Source: a virus
Taxonomy: Duplodnaviria; Heunggongvirae; Uroviricota; Caudoviricetes
DNA length: 18,824 nucleotides
IMG/VR virus record: IMGVR_UViG_3300031873_001030
Strand: one strand, 5' to 3'
Part shown: in pieces, positions 9,056-16,495 of the stretch
How the letters are laid out: the number at the start of each line of letters is the position of its first letter
Position numbering within the stretch: the stretch's first letter is position 1
The notes under the pieces: model-generated
Told to the model about the DNA's origin: nothing
Database searches by the model: none
Seen by the model: the letters and a program-made list of their open reading frames with translations, nothing else
Program-made: the position numbers and the translations under genes

Positions 9056-9196
9056 TTGGCAAAAATGACAGAAAAGGGAAAAAAATATTTCTCAAAAAAG
9101 CTGAAGACATTGCTGAAAGAGGGATATTCAAAGAAACAAGCCCTTGCAATAGATTACTCCATGTTGAGAAAAAAAGGATACAAGGCAAAAAGATAG
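9056..9196 (+). CDS. 46-aa basic helical microprotein (MAKMTEKGKKYFSKKLKTLLKEGYSKKQALAIDYSMLRKKGYKAKR), probable virion DNA-binding protein
   Basis: TTG start 8 nt after GGAGGT. The EGYSKKQALAI motif resembles the EG.S/P.KQA.AIA small basic proteins of viruses. Confidence 0.72.
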   Translation: MAKMTEKGKKYFSKKLKTLLKEGYSKKQALAIDYSMLRKKGYKAKR

Positions 9197-9207
9197 ACTT
9201 ATACCGT

Positions 9208-9220
9208 GATAAACTTATAT
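9208..9220 (+). promoter_or_regulatory. Archaeal BRE/TATA-like element (GATAAACTTATAT), probably giving a leaderless transcript for 9244
   Basis: The TTATAT core lies ~25 nt upstream of the ATG, and there is no SD. Confidence 0.5.
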
Positions 9221-9243
9221 TCACTCATGACTATTCTTATGTT

Positions 9244-9726
9244 ATGTTAAAAAAGATTATTCCTTTCTTTATAGGATTATTTCTTATAATTTCTCCAGCA
9301 CTTGCATTAGATAGGAATTGCACGACAAATGACACATTGCGTCAGTATTTTGTTTATACTGTTAATGGAGCAAATGTGACAGGCACTCAGGATTTGCATT
9401 GTACATTTGGTTGTGATTTTACAACAGACCAATGCAAGGGAGGCAATCTTCTTAATATATGGATGCTTGGAGCGATGGTTGGAGTTGCTGCTTATCTGAT
9501 GTTTGGAAGGAAGGATGCGATATTGAATATATTAGGTGCGTTGTTTATTGCAATTGTCGGTGCTTATATGATAACTTCTGGTGTGTTAATTGGATTTACA
9601 AATACACAAAGTGATAGTTTCCTTATGAAGGATTATTTTACAAATGCTCTTGGAATATTGTTCATCTGCATTGCGATATACAAGCTTGCAATGGGATGGA
9701 TACATATGAATGATGCTAGCGGATAA
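9244..9726 (+). CDS. Membrane protein: signal peptide, small Cys4 extracellular domain with sequons, 3 TM helices
   Basis: MLKK+hydrophobic+ALA signal, then C-x27-C-x3-C-x6-C with NCT/NDT/NVT sequons and three hydrophobic segments. Confidence 0.75.
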   Translation: MLKKIIPFFIGLFLIISPALALDRNCTTNDTLRQYFVYTVNGANVTGTQDLHCTFGCDFTTDQCKGGNLLNIWMLGAMVGVAAYLMFGRKDAILNILGALFIAIVGAYMITSGVLIGFTNTQSDSFLMKDYFTNALGILFICIAIYKLAMGWIHMNDASG

Positions 9727-9740
9727 GAGGTGAGAAAAAA

Positions 9741-9815
9741 ATGGCAAAAAAAGGAAAAGAAGAAAAGCAGGAGAAGGGTAGAAATCCATGGTCAGCTCCA
9801 AAAGACTGGAAATGA
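9741..9815 (+). CDS. 24-aa charged microprotein (MAKKGKEEKQEKGRNPWSAPKDWK)
   Basis: Strong SD GAGGTGA at 9727-9733. The TGA overlaps the ATG at 9812. Confidence 0.55.
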   Translation: MAKKGKEEKQEKGRNPWSAPKDWK

Positions 9816-9997
9816 ATAACATGTTAACAAAAAAGAATTCACCAATAGAAAAAATTATAGAAAGATGGAAGGACGAGGAGAATCCTAAGACTGCCTTGAA
9901 GAATGAATATAAAGCATTCCACGAATTTGATAGAAGAAATGGGATAGATAAAAAACATTTGAGATGGATGTATGGTAATAAAAAAAGTAAAAGGTAG
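9812..9997 (+). CDS. Small basic hypothetical protein (ORF-track start 9788 probably too early)
   Basis: The ATGA overlap with the upstream micro-ORF suggests a start at 9812 (or 9821). Confidence 0.55.
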   Translation: MNNMLTKKNSPIEKIIERWKDEENPKTALKNEYKAFHEFDRRNGIDKKHLRWMYGNKKSKR

Positions 9998-10310
9998 ATA
10001 CATCCTTTATTCAAGGACAAGTGGAAGGAGATTGAGCAAGCCATTGCCATCAAGAGCAGCTGCATTGAAACGCGAACGCCAGGTTCAATATTGGAAGAGA
10101 ATAAAAGGATTTGAATTTCCGATACCAATTGAACTTCTTCTTATTGTGATGATTACTGTGATACTTGGAGTAAGTGTTTTGATTCCTATATTGCAAAATG
10201 CAATCGCATCAGAACAGAATGTAGCAATACAGGGAATGTATGGTTTGATAATCTTGTTTTCAGTATTGTTTGATGTTGTAATCATAATGGCATGGTTGAA
10301 AATTTCGTAA
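9972..10310 (+). CDS. Fusion protein: basic N-terminal domain + diverged capsid-like hydrophobic hairpin (minor capsid protein candidate)
   Basis: aa 1-46 are R/K-rich (KGRYILYSRTSGRRL...ALKRERQVQYWK). aa 47-112 carry VSVLIPILQNAI...GLIILFSVL, which parallel VSVVIPTIQTQV...NLIPLFIVL of the 8018 protein. Confidence 0.7.
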   Translation: MVIKKVKGRYILYSRTSGRRLSKPLPSRAAALKRERQVQYWKRIKGFEFPIPIELLLIVMITVILGVSVLIPILQNAIASEQNVAIQGMYGLIILFSVLFDVVIIMAWLKIS

Positions 10311-10329
10311 AATAAATCTTCCAGAATAT

Positions 10330-10342
10330 AAATTTATTTAAG
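10330..10342 (+). promoter_or_regulatory. TATA-like element (AAATTTATTTAAG) upstream of speD-like gene
   Basis: AT-rich intergenic box resembling the archaeal TTTAWATA consensus, ~40 nt before the start. Confidence 0.45.
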
Positions 10343-10379
10343 TAATGAAAACAAAATGATATGATACAATTAAAATGAA

Positions 10380-10784
10380 ATGATAGAAAAAGGAACACAG
10401 GCTTGCATTGATTTGTTTGGTTGTAATGAGAATATATTAAATGATTCTATATTCTTGAAAAATCTGATTGCGAAAGCTGTGATAGATTCTGATTTTGTGC
10501 TTGTTGAAAAGATAAAGATGCATCAGTTCACTCCATATGGAGTGACTGGTTATGCATTGCTTGCTTCCTCACATATAGCAATCCATACATGGCCAGAATA
10601 TAACTTCGCATCGATAGATATTTTTGCATGCGACTCAAGAAAAAAAGTCAATACTGCTATCAAGACAATCATAAATGGACTGAATCCTAAGAAAGTGAAA
10701 TCGTTGATATTTAGCAGGGGGTTTATATGTCAGAATGTGAACATGAATGGATTGGTTCTAGAACCTGTCGCAAATGCGGCATAA
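10380..10784 (+). CDS. speD: S-adenosylmethionine decarboxylase proenzyme family (class 1B, pyruvoyl-dependent)
   Basis: Motifs DLFGC, HQFTPYGVTG, LLAS|SHIAIHTWPEY and ASIDIFAC match the prokaryotic AdoMetDC signature. Actual substrate is uncertain. Confidence 0.92.
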   Translation: MIEKGTQACIDLFGCNENILNDSIFLKNLIAKAVIDSDFVLVEKIKMHQFTPYGVTGYALLASSHIAIHTWPEYNFASIDIFACDSRKKVNTAIKTIINGLNPKKVKSLIFSRGFICQNVNMNGLVLEPVANAA

Positions 10785-10811
10785 CAGATAAGTATGCAGA
10801 AGAGATGATTA

Positions 10812-10994
10812 GTGATGATTTTTGCGCCGAGAAAAGAGAAAATAGATTATGACTATATTGAAATCTATAAAGGAAGAATCCATAGGATAAGGCATCTTTT
10901 TTCAGACTCTATTTCTGGTGATAAATATATAAAAATCAAAAGTCTAATGTATATGAGAAAAAATGATTTCACATATCAACCGAGATTGTTTTAG
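10812..10994 (+). CDS. Small hypothetical protein
   Basis: 60-aa ORF whose TAG abuts the ATG at 10995. Confidence 0.5.
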   Translation: MMIFAPRKEKIDYDYIEIYKGRIHRIRHLFSDSISGDKYIKIKSLMYMRKNDFTYQPRLF

Positions 10995-11168
10995 ATGAAA
11001 AGAAAGAACTTCGATAATGCTATTGAAAGTGGGCATAACATGCTGATAATGATAATGCTATTCATAGGGTTGGATGTCGGACTTAAGGCTTATGAAATTG
11101 TAGTATGGATTTTTCCACTTATTGCAAATATAATGAGAAGGATTGGCAAGATGAGGTTCTTAGAATGA
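10995..11168 (+). CDS. 57-aa membrane-associated microprotein (MKRKNFDNAIESGHNMLIMIMLFIGLDVGLKAYEIVVWIFPLIANIMRRIGKMRFLE)
   Basis: Manual translation, coupled to both neighbours (TAGATG and ATGA). Confidence 0.6.
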   Translation: MKRKNFDNAIESGHNMLIMIMLFIGLDVGLKAYEIVVWIFPLIANIMRRIGKMRFLE

Positions 11169-11347
11169 AAACGAAAAAATTACAAAGAGCGCATTGTCCA
11201 AATTGTGTATTGAGTTATGACTTGAGCAAGTTTGCATCAAAAAAAATTGAGAAAAAGAAATTTGGCAAGCAATTGTATTGGCGCTGGCTGATATTTTCCA
11301 TATGGATTACATCAATTTTGTTAATAATTTTTGGATTATATTGTTGA
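11165..11347 (+). CDS. 60-aa protein with a CPNC knuckle and C-terminal TM helix (track start 11105 probably too early)
   Basis: ATGA overlap at 11165. Basic middle region, hydrophobic C-terminus. Confidence 0.6.
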   Translation: MKTKKLQRAHCPNCVLSYDLSKFASKKIEKKKFGKQLYWRWLIFSIWITSILLIIFGLYC

Positions 11348-11357
11348 AAGTATATTT
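11346..11357 (+). promoter_or_regulatory. BRE/TATA-like element (GAAAGTATATTT), probable leaderless start for 11382
   Basis: TATATT lies ~27 nt upstream of the ATG, and there is no SD. Confidence 0.45.
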
Positions 11358-11381
11358 TATGACAAATACTTAGCTTTATAA

Positions 11382-11936
11382 ATGTCTGGAGTCTCATATA
11401 TATTTATGTCAGCTGACGGTTCTATATCTAATACACCTCAAAGTGGAGTTGGAGGAAATATTTCTCCTCAACCTCCAACTCCTATCTATTCTCAACCGCC
11501 AAGAGAATGGGAAAATTATGAGGGTTCAAGGACTCAGGGAATAATGAAAACTGAGTTTGACCAGAAGGTATATCTTGTCGATGTTGACAAGAGGCTTGAT
11601 TTTACAAATCTGATTTCACTCGTGACAAAGGAATTGGATACTTCTTTTATAAATGACCAGGACTTGAAGATTTTCTATCAGATAAATTTTGAGAATGTCT
11701 TGGAATGGGCAGCTATGGGACTTATTGATTTGGCAAAAATCAGGCTTGCAAACTTATTTTCCCAACTCAAATTAGAAAAATCAGTAGGTGGATTTGAAAG
11801 GATTCTGCAAGGAGCCACACTTACTGGAACAGTCGTCGCACCTCTTCCTTCAAAGAAGAGCTTATGGCCAGTCGAATTCATGAAGAAACAGGAAGGTCCA
11901 AGGACTATAGCACAAAGAATCGGGGAAATAGGATAA
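11382..11936 (+). CDS. Hypothetical protein with a Pro/Ser/Gly-rich N-terminus and a helical domain (LKLEKSVGGFERILQ)
   Basis: 184-aa ORF in the operon orientation. Confidence 0.75.
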   Translation: MSGVSYIFMSADGSISNTPQSGVGGNISPQPPTPIYSQPPREWENYEGSRTQGIMKTEFDQKVYLVDVDKRLDFTNLISLVTKELDTSFINDQDLKIFYQINFENVLEWAAMGLIDLAKIRLANLFSQLKLEKSVGGFERILQGATLTGTVVAPLPSKKSLWPVEFMKKQEGPRTIAQRIGEIG

Positions 11937-11955
11937 TAAAAAAGGAGTGATAAAT

Positions 11956-12075
11956 ATGAAAAAGAAAGAATTCAGTAAAGAAAAAAAGGAACCAATTACA
12001 TGGCATGATTTCATGGGACAGGTACATGATGATGTTATCAGGCCAGAAAGGATGAGACCAGAGGTATTGGATTGA
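11956..12075 (+). CDS. 39-aa charged microprotein (MKKKEFSKEKKEPITWHDFMGQVHDDVIRPERMRPEVLD)
   Basis: SD GGAGTGA at 11944-11950. The TGA overlaps the TTG of the next gene. Confidence 0.65.
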   Translation: MKKKEFSKEKKEPITWHDFMGQVHDDVIRPERMRPEVLD

Positions 12076-12299
12076 AAATAATACTAAAGTCCTTTCCTGA
12101 AAATTGGGAAAAGGAAAAATCAATGGTAAAGCCATGCACAGTAAGAAGATTGGATGGCAGGGATACCATAGAGATAATCAATACTGAAACTGGTGAGAAG
12201 ATAGAGAAACACATAACAGATATTTCAGTATGGAAAAATGATATAATAATTTCATTCTCCATGTGGCCAGATGGATTTGTAAAGAGAGGTAAAAAATAA
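12072..12299 (+). CDS. Short ASCH/PUA-like domain protein
   Basis: LKSFPENWEKEKSMVKPCTVRRLD resembles the ASCH-family LK..P..F......K...E/T.R..D motif. TTG start. Confidence 0.5.
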   Translation: MKIILKSFPENWEKEKSMVKPCTVRRLDGRDTIEIINTETGEKIEKHITDISVWKNDIIISFSMWPDGFVKRGKK

Positions 12300-13298
12300 A
12301 TGGCAACTGACATGCTGCCGATGTATTTCATGTCGGCAATGGGTGTATTGGTTCTTGGTATTTTTTTCCTTCTTCTAAGAAAAAAGAAGAAAAAGGAAAA
12401 ATTAAAGCTTACTAGTGCATTGCCAAAACCTATCGAACAACCTGTATCTGTATGGACACCACCAATTGGTTTTGGCATGGGCATGACACAACAGCAAGTT
12501 ATAGCAGAACCAGTAGCTTTAAGTGACTTGGGAAAGACCAGCATATTCAACAGAGTAAAAATATCGATGGACGCGCTGATATTTGCATGTGTATTTGTAG
12601 GTTTCCTTTCTGTATTGATTTTTTATCTGAGTAAAGCGGCTTTTATCGCAGCACTTATAAGCGGCATGATGTTCATACCTATTGGTGTTATAATCGGTGC
12701 GATGTTTGCTTCTAATTTTAGAGTCAAAATAATGAGAAGGTTGACAAGAAAGAATTATGGAATGGTAAAGTTCATACATTCAAACAAGCTGATAAAACCA
12801 GTCATCGCTAATCTTGACAGTGATATAGTAAGATTTGCAGATGGTGTATACATACTTGACAAGCAGACAATAAAGAGAGAAGGTACAGAAACTCCATCTT
12901 CAGATATCATACAGGAAAATGTGATAAAATTTGAGGAAGGCATTCCTACAATCTATTATGACTTGACTGACATAATGCCAGTAGATTTTACAAGCAGCGT
13001 GAAAAAAATAGAAGGAGAACCTGACAGGTTCAGGCTGCCATCTCAAGTATCAGCTACTTTGAACAAGGAGATAGCAGTTGAGAAAGCCAAGATAATGAAG
13101 GCATTCAGGACAAGACAATCCATGTTCATGCTGATAATAATAGCATTGATAGTTATCAATGTCTATTTCAGTTACAGCACATATACAAACAACAAGAACA
13201 TGATGATAAAAATGGATAATGTAAACAGTGGTATGAATGCATTAAGAGGCTTGATACCATCGCAGCCTGTTGCAACTGCCACAACAGGAGGAGGATAA
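12300..13298 (+). CDS. 332-aa multi-pass membrane protein with a central soluble domain; putative virion assembly/egress factor
   Basis: TM1, poly-K, TM pair, soluble domain (EGIPTIYYDL..IMPVDF), C-terminal TM and a short coil. SD GAGGT upstream. Confidence 0.75.
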   Translation: MATDMLPMYFMSAMGVLVLGIFFLLLRKKKKKEKLKLTSALPKPIEQPVSVWTPPIGFGMGMTQQQVIAEPVALSDLGKTSIFNRVKISMDALIFACVFVGFLSVLIFYLSKAAFIAALISGMMFIPIGVIIGAMFASNFRVKIMRRLTRKNYGMVKFIHSNKLIKPVIANLDSDIVRFADGVYILDKQTIKREGTETPSSDIIQENVIKFEEGIPTIYYDLTDIMPVDFTSSVKKIEGEPDRFRLPSQVSATLNKEIAVEKAKIMKAFRTRQSMFMLIIIALIVINVYFSYSTYTNNKNMMIKMDNVNSGMNALRGLIPSQPVATATTGGG

Positions 13299-13300
13299 TA

Positions 13301-13567
13301 ATGTTGACAAATATACTGATGACAAATGATGGAATGAAACATGGGATAAAATGGGGATTGATAATTGTAGCTGTAATATTAGGAATGACATCATTGGCAA
13401 AGATTATGTCATTTGTGATGGACAACGAATTGATAAAAATAATTTTCAATTCCATCTTTGCAGGAGTAGGGATAACGATAGGAACTTACTTTGCAAATAA
13501 GATGCTTATCGACAGGATGGAAAAGTTAAAGCTGATAGGCAAGAAAAAGGAGGCAACAAAATCATGA
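13301..13567 (+). CDS. Small two-TM membrane protein with a basic C-terminal tail
   Basis: Two hydrophobic helices. GGAGGA SD upstream. Confidence 0.75.
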   Translation: MLTNILMTNDGMKHGIKWGLIIVAVILGMTSLAKIMSFVMDNELIKIIFNSIFAGVGITIGTYFANKMLIDRMEKLKLIGKKKEATKS

Positions 13568-13692
13568 GTGAAGCAGTGGTATATAATGACGACTTATCAA
13601 TGGATAAGGTCATACAAATCATAGGAAATGAGATGGTCATTTTCAATGACAATCTGGAACTTGAAAAAATAATACAATTGAGGGATGACTGA
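13564..13692 (+). CDS. 42-aa acidic microprotein with an internal duplication (MSEAVVYNDDLSMDKVIQIIGNEMVIFNDNLELEKIIQLRDD)
   Basis: Fits exactly between ATGA and TGATG overlaps. AAGGAGG SD upstream. Confidence 0.7.
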   Translation: MSEAVVYNDDLSMDKVIQIIGNEMVIFNDNLELEKIIQLRDD

Positions 13693-14156
13693 TGGCAGAT
13701 GACCAAGTAGTCAGAATGTACAATGTTCTGCCAGCAATAGAACAGACTAAGATATTGATAATAGAAAGGTTGAAAATATTGTTCGATGGCATAAATATTT
13801 TGTTCCAAAACAAGCTGATGTCAAAGAAAGATGAAGAGATTATAGCGCTTGTAAAAGCTACTTCAATATCCATATATCTTATGCTGAAACCTAAGATAGT
13901 AGAATATGTTGAACAGAGGATTAGAATAAGACCAGATGCTCTCCAATCAGACATGATGATAAAGGAATTGACAAAAATGATTACCAAGATAGAAAGTTCT
14001 ATAGCAAATCCTAGCGCAATGACAATAGAAGATGCATTGTACTATTCGGATGTCATAAATATATTCTGTCATGATTATGGAATAACAAGAATAACATACT
14101 TCTCAGGCACTGTCAGTGTGCCAGATGAGAAGTCAATATACAACGTGAAAGTATGA
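13692..14156 (+). CDS. 154-aa alpha-helical hypothetical protein (C-terminal YGITRI motif)
   Basis: ORF track, translationally coupled on both sides. Confidence 0.75.
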   Translation: MADDQVVRMYNVLPAIEQTKILIIERLKILFDGINILFQNKLMSKKDEEIIALVKATSISIYLMLKPKIVEYVEQRIRIRPDALQSDMMIKELTKMITKIESSIANPSAMTIEDALYYSDVINIFCHDYGITRITYFSGTVSVPDEKSIYNVKV

Positions 14157-14788
14157 AAAAAGAAATAATCCCATCATTAATGATGGGATTTGCAATGGTA
14201 TTGGCACTAGCATATGTAGGAATAGCTAGTGCTGACACTTGCGTACCTTTGGATGACATAAACAACCTTACAACAAATACATCAGTAAATCTGACATCTA
14301 TATTCATAAGCTTATGTGACAAGATTGCCTCACTGAACACCAGCTACAATAATCTGAATGCAAACTATAGCAATCTAAGCACAAACTACAATGGATTGAA
14401 TATAAAATACATTAGCTTGCTAAATAACATAACAAGCAACAGCACATCAGCAATCATGCTTGGAAATGTCTCATACATATATTACAACATGAATGTGACT
14501 GACCATTACAACAAATTGTCAGTCTACAATTCATCGATATCAAATGCATTATACAGCATGAACTCTGCAGTTGCAAATCTTCCAAATGTCTATCTGAAAC
14601 TTTCAGACTATACTGCATATGCTGCCAGTACAGCAGTGGCTATCGCTAATACAAATATAAAGATAGATTCTGTAAATGCAAGCATAATAGGCATAGATGA
14701 CAGGATTCCAAAAGATTACAACATTTACTTCATGATGGGATTTGTTGTATTGCTCTTAGTAATTGCAGCATTAGTATTCATTAAATAA
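14153..14788 (+). CDS. Membrane-anchored coiled-coil glycoprotein (signal peptide, N-rich heptads, C-terminal TM)
   Basis: Signal ending ASA, then LNTSYNNLNANYSNLSTNYNGLN heptads with many sequons and a C-terminal hydrophobic anchor. Confidence 0.75.
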   Translation: MKKEIIPSLMMGFAMVLALAYVGIASADTCVPLDDINNLTTNTSVNLTSIFISLCDKIASLNTSYNNLNANYSNLSTNYNGLNIKYISLLNNITSNSTSAIMLGNVSYIYYNMNVTDHYNKLSVYNSSISNALYSMNSAVANLPNVYLKLSDYTAYAASTAVAIANTNIKIDSVNASIIGIDDRIPKDYNIYFMMGFVVLLLVIAALVFIK

Positions 14789-14813
14789 CCTTCCTATACG
14801 GTAAGGTGTTAGG

Positions 14814-15185
14814 ATGGTAGAGAAATTCAGAGACGAAGTAAGTGGTGAAGAAATGGTCAGGATAAAGTGTAATATATGCAAGGAAAGCAAGAACTTGAAA
14901 TCTGAGACTTATCAGAAAATGCTCAAGCGTTTCAGCTTCACAAGGTCTTTCCTTTTTGGTATGACCCATGGTATAGAAGCTGTCCTTACCAACAAGCCTA
15001 TACAGGCGACATTATCCAAAGAAGAAATGGAAAGGGCATTTCAAAATGTCTATGTATGCAAGGAATGTAAAAACAACAAGGAAGAGACACTGAAGATAAC
15101 AGAATCCATATCCAGAATTTTGAATCTTCCAATCATACCTAAGGACATTGATAAAGAACGTGGTAATAATGAAAGTAAAAAATAA
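14814..15185 (+). CDS. Zinc-binding protein (CNIC...CKEC)
   Basis: Two CxxC pairs about 60 aa apart. Confidence 0.7.
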   Translation: MVEKFRDEVSGEEMVRIKCNICKESKNLKSETYQKMLKRFSFTRSFLFGMTHGIEAVLTNKPIQATLSKEEMERAFQNVYVCKECKNNKEETLKITESISRILNLPIIPKDIDKERGNNESKK

Positions 15186-15220
15186 GATAGAACTTATAAA
15201 AAAGGCATGGGTGGAACTAG

Positions 15221-15640
15221 ATGCCGATTGACCAACTAGCAATGAACGCAACTGGCACAACTGTACTAAATACTTTGGTGATAGGAGGTCCATTGTTGAT
15301 ATGCATAGCTGTAATAGTCTTTATTGCAATCTTCATATCGATACCATTCATCTATAGAAGAGTGATAAGGATATTCGGCTGGCTAGGAATGACATTCGTA
15401 TATTTCCTGAAAGGACTTGCTGGATTGCTTTCTTTAACTTTGATATATATTGCACTGAAAGGAGGAGCTGAAAATGCCACAAGCATCTTGACAGTCTTGA
15501 AATGGATAGGCATAGCTATCATCTGTTATGCAGCAATAGCAAGCGCAGGCTACATGCTTACATATGCCTGGAAAAAGTTATGGAGACTTTCTGGAAATGA
15601 CAAGTTCCAGAAACGACCAAAGGGAGAAAGAAAGAAATGA
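15221..15640 (+). CDS. Three-TM membrane protein
   Basis: Three long hydrophobic segments and a basic tail. Confidence 0.75.
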   Translation: MPIDQLAMNATGTTVLNTLVIGGPLLICIAVIVFIAIFISIPFIYRRVIRIFGWLGMTFVYFLKGLAGLLSLTLIYIALKGGAENATSILTVLKWIGIAIICYAAIASAGYMLTYAWKKLWRLSGNDKFQKRPKGERKK

Positions 15641-15789
15641 TTATAATACCGCAACCATGGGCAGACATACTATCTTATGGAGTAATAGTGCTTGCAGTAG
15701 GAATAATGGCATGGTTCATTTGGCAGCAACCAATCTGCTTCAGGACAGAAGAAAAGGAAAAGGAAAAGGGGAGAAGTGATAAGAAATGA
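15637..15789 (+). CDS. 50-aa single-TM microprotein (MIIIPQPWADILSYGVIVLAVGIMAWFIWQQPICFRTEEKEKEKGRSDKK)
   Basis: ATGA overlaps at both ends. It replaces the shadow ORF 15564..15779. Confidence 0.7.
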   Translation: MIIIPQPWADILSYGVIVLAVGIMAWFIWQQPICFRTEEKEKEKGRSDKK

Positions 15790-16316
15790 GCAAAACACTA
15801 TTCATAATAGCATTGCTTGTAGCGATTAGCATCATACCAATAGGAGCTATCTTCCAGAACACATGGCTTGACATAGGACTTGGAGCATTCGCAATGCTTC
15901 TTTTTATAATCCACATGAAGACAAAGAGCAATTCAGAATACGAATCAAGGGAGAAAGAACCGACTTATGAACAGGAAGGCAATGTCATAGAACAACCAGA
16001 AGAGCCAGAAGTGCTAGGCATAAGGAAAAGGACAAAAGCAAAAGTAAGAAAGAAAGAAGAAGAAAGTGGAGGAAGCGGATTTCCTTTCATAGGTACTTTC
16101 ATAGGAGTAGCTGTAGCTATCATAGTAGGTGTGGGTGTTGTAATACCAGTCATAAACAACCAGGTGACAAACATGACAAATTCAGTGGAATTAGGCAATT
16201 CTACTAGTATAACTTCATCAGTAAGTACTTTACTAAGTATTGTTCCAATCTTGATGGTATTGGCTATAATAATATCTGTAGTAGGAATGGTTGGTAGGTT
16301 TGGAAGTGGTGTATAA
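15786..16316 (+). CDS. Fusion protein: N-terminal TM hairpin + charged linker + C-terminal capsid-like hairpin (aa 99-176)
   Basis: The C-terminal VVIPVINNQV...TLLSIVPILMVLAII closely parallels the 8018 capsid protein. The linker is E/P-rich, then K/R-rich. Confidence 0.78.
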   Translation: MSKTLFIIALLVAISIIPIGAIFQNTWLDIGLGAFAMLLFIIHMKTKSNSEYESREKEPTYEQEGNVIEQPEEPEVLGIRKRTKAKVRKKEEESGGSGFPFIGTFIGVAVAIIVGVGVVIPVINNQVTNMTNSVELGNSTSITSSVSTLLSIVPILMVLAIIISVVGMVGRFGSGV

Positions 16317-16492
16317 TGCGTTATTGGATTTACAAAGGTACAAGGAACGGTATGGAAGTGTTCAGATGCAACGGATGCGGTTTTGAAAAATGCATAATGC
16401 ATGCAGCAAGCGGAAGAAGAAGACCCAAGAAAGACGGTTCACCAACTGTATTTCATTGTCCAATGTGCAAAGAAGAAATAAACTATAGGTAA
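16316..16492 (+). CDS. 58-aa zinc-ribbon protein (CNGC...CPMC)
   Basis: Manual translation: MRYWIYKGTRNGMEVFRCNGCGFEKCIMHAASGRRRPKKDGSPTVFHCPMCKEEINYR. TAATG overlap. Confidence 0.75.
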   Translation: MRYWIYKGTRNGMEVFRCNGCGFEKCIMHAASGRRRPKKDGSPTVFHCPMCKEEINYR

Positions 16493-16495
16493 TCC

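Noticed and set aside
15169-15231. 20-aa ORF MKVKNKIELIKKAWVELDAD bridging two genes
   Set aside because: It is very short, overlaps both neighbours and has no clear SD, so it is not supportable.
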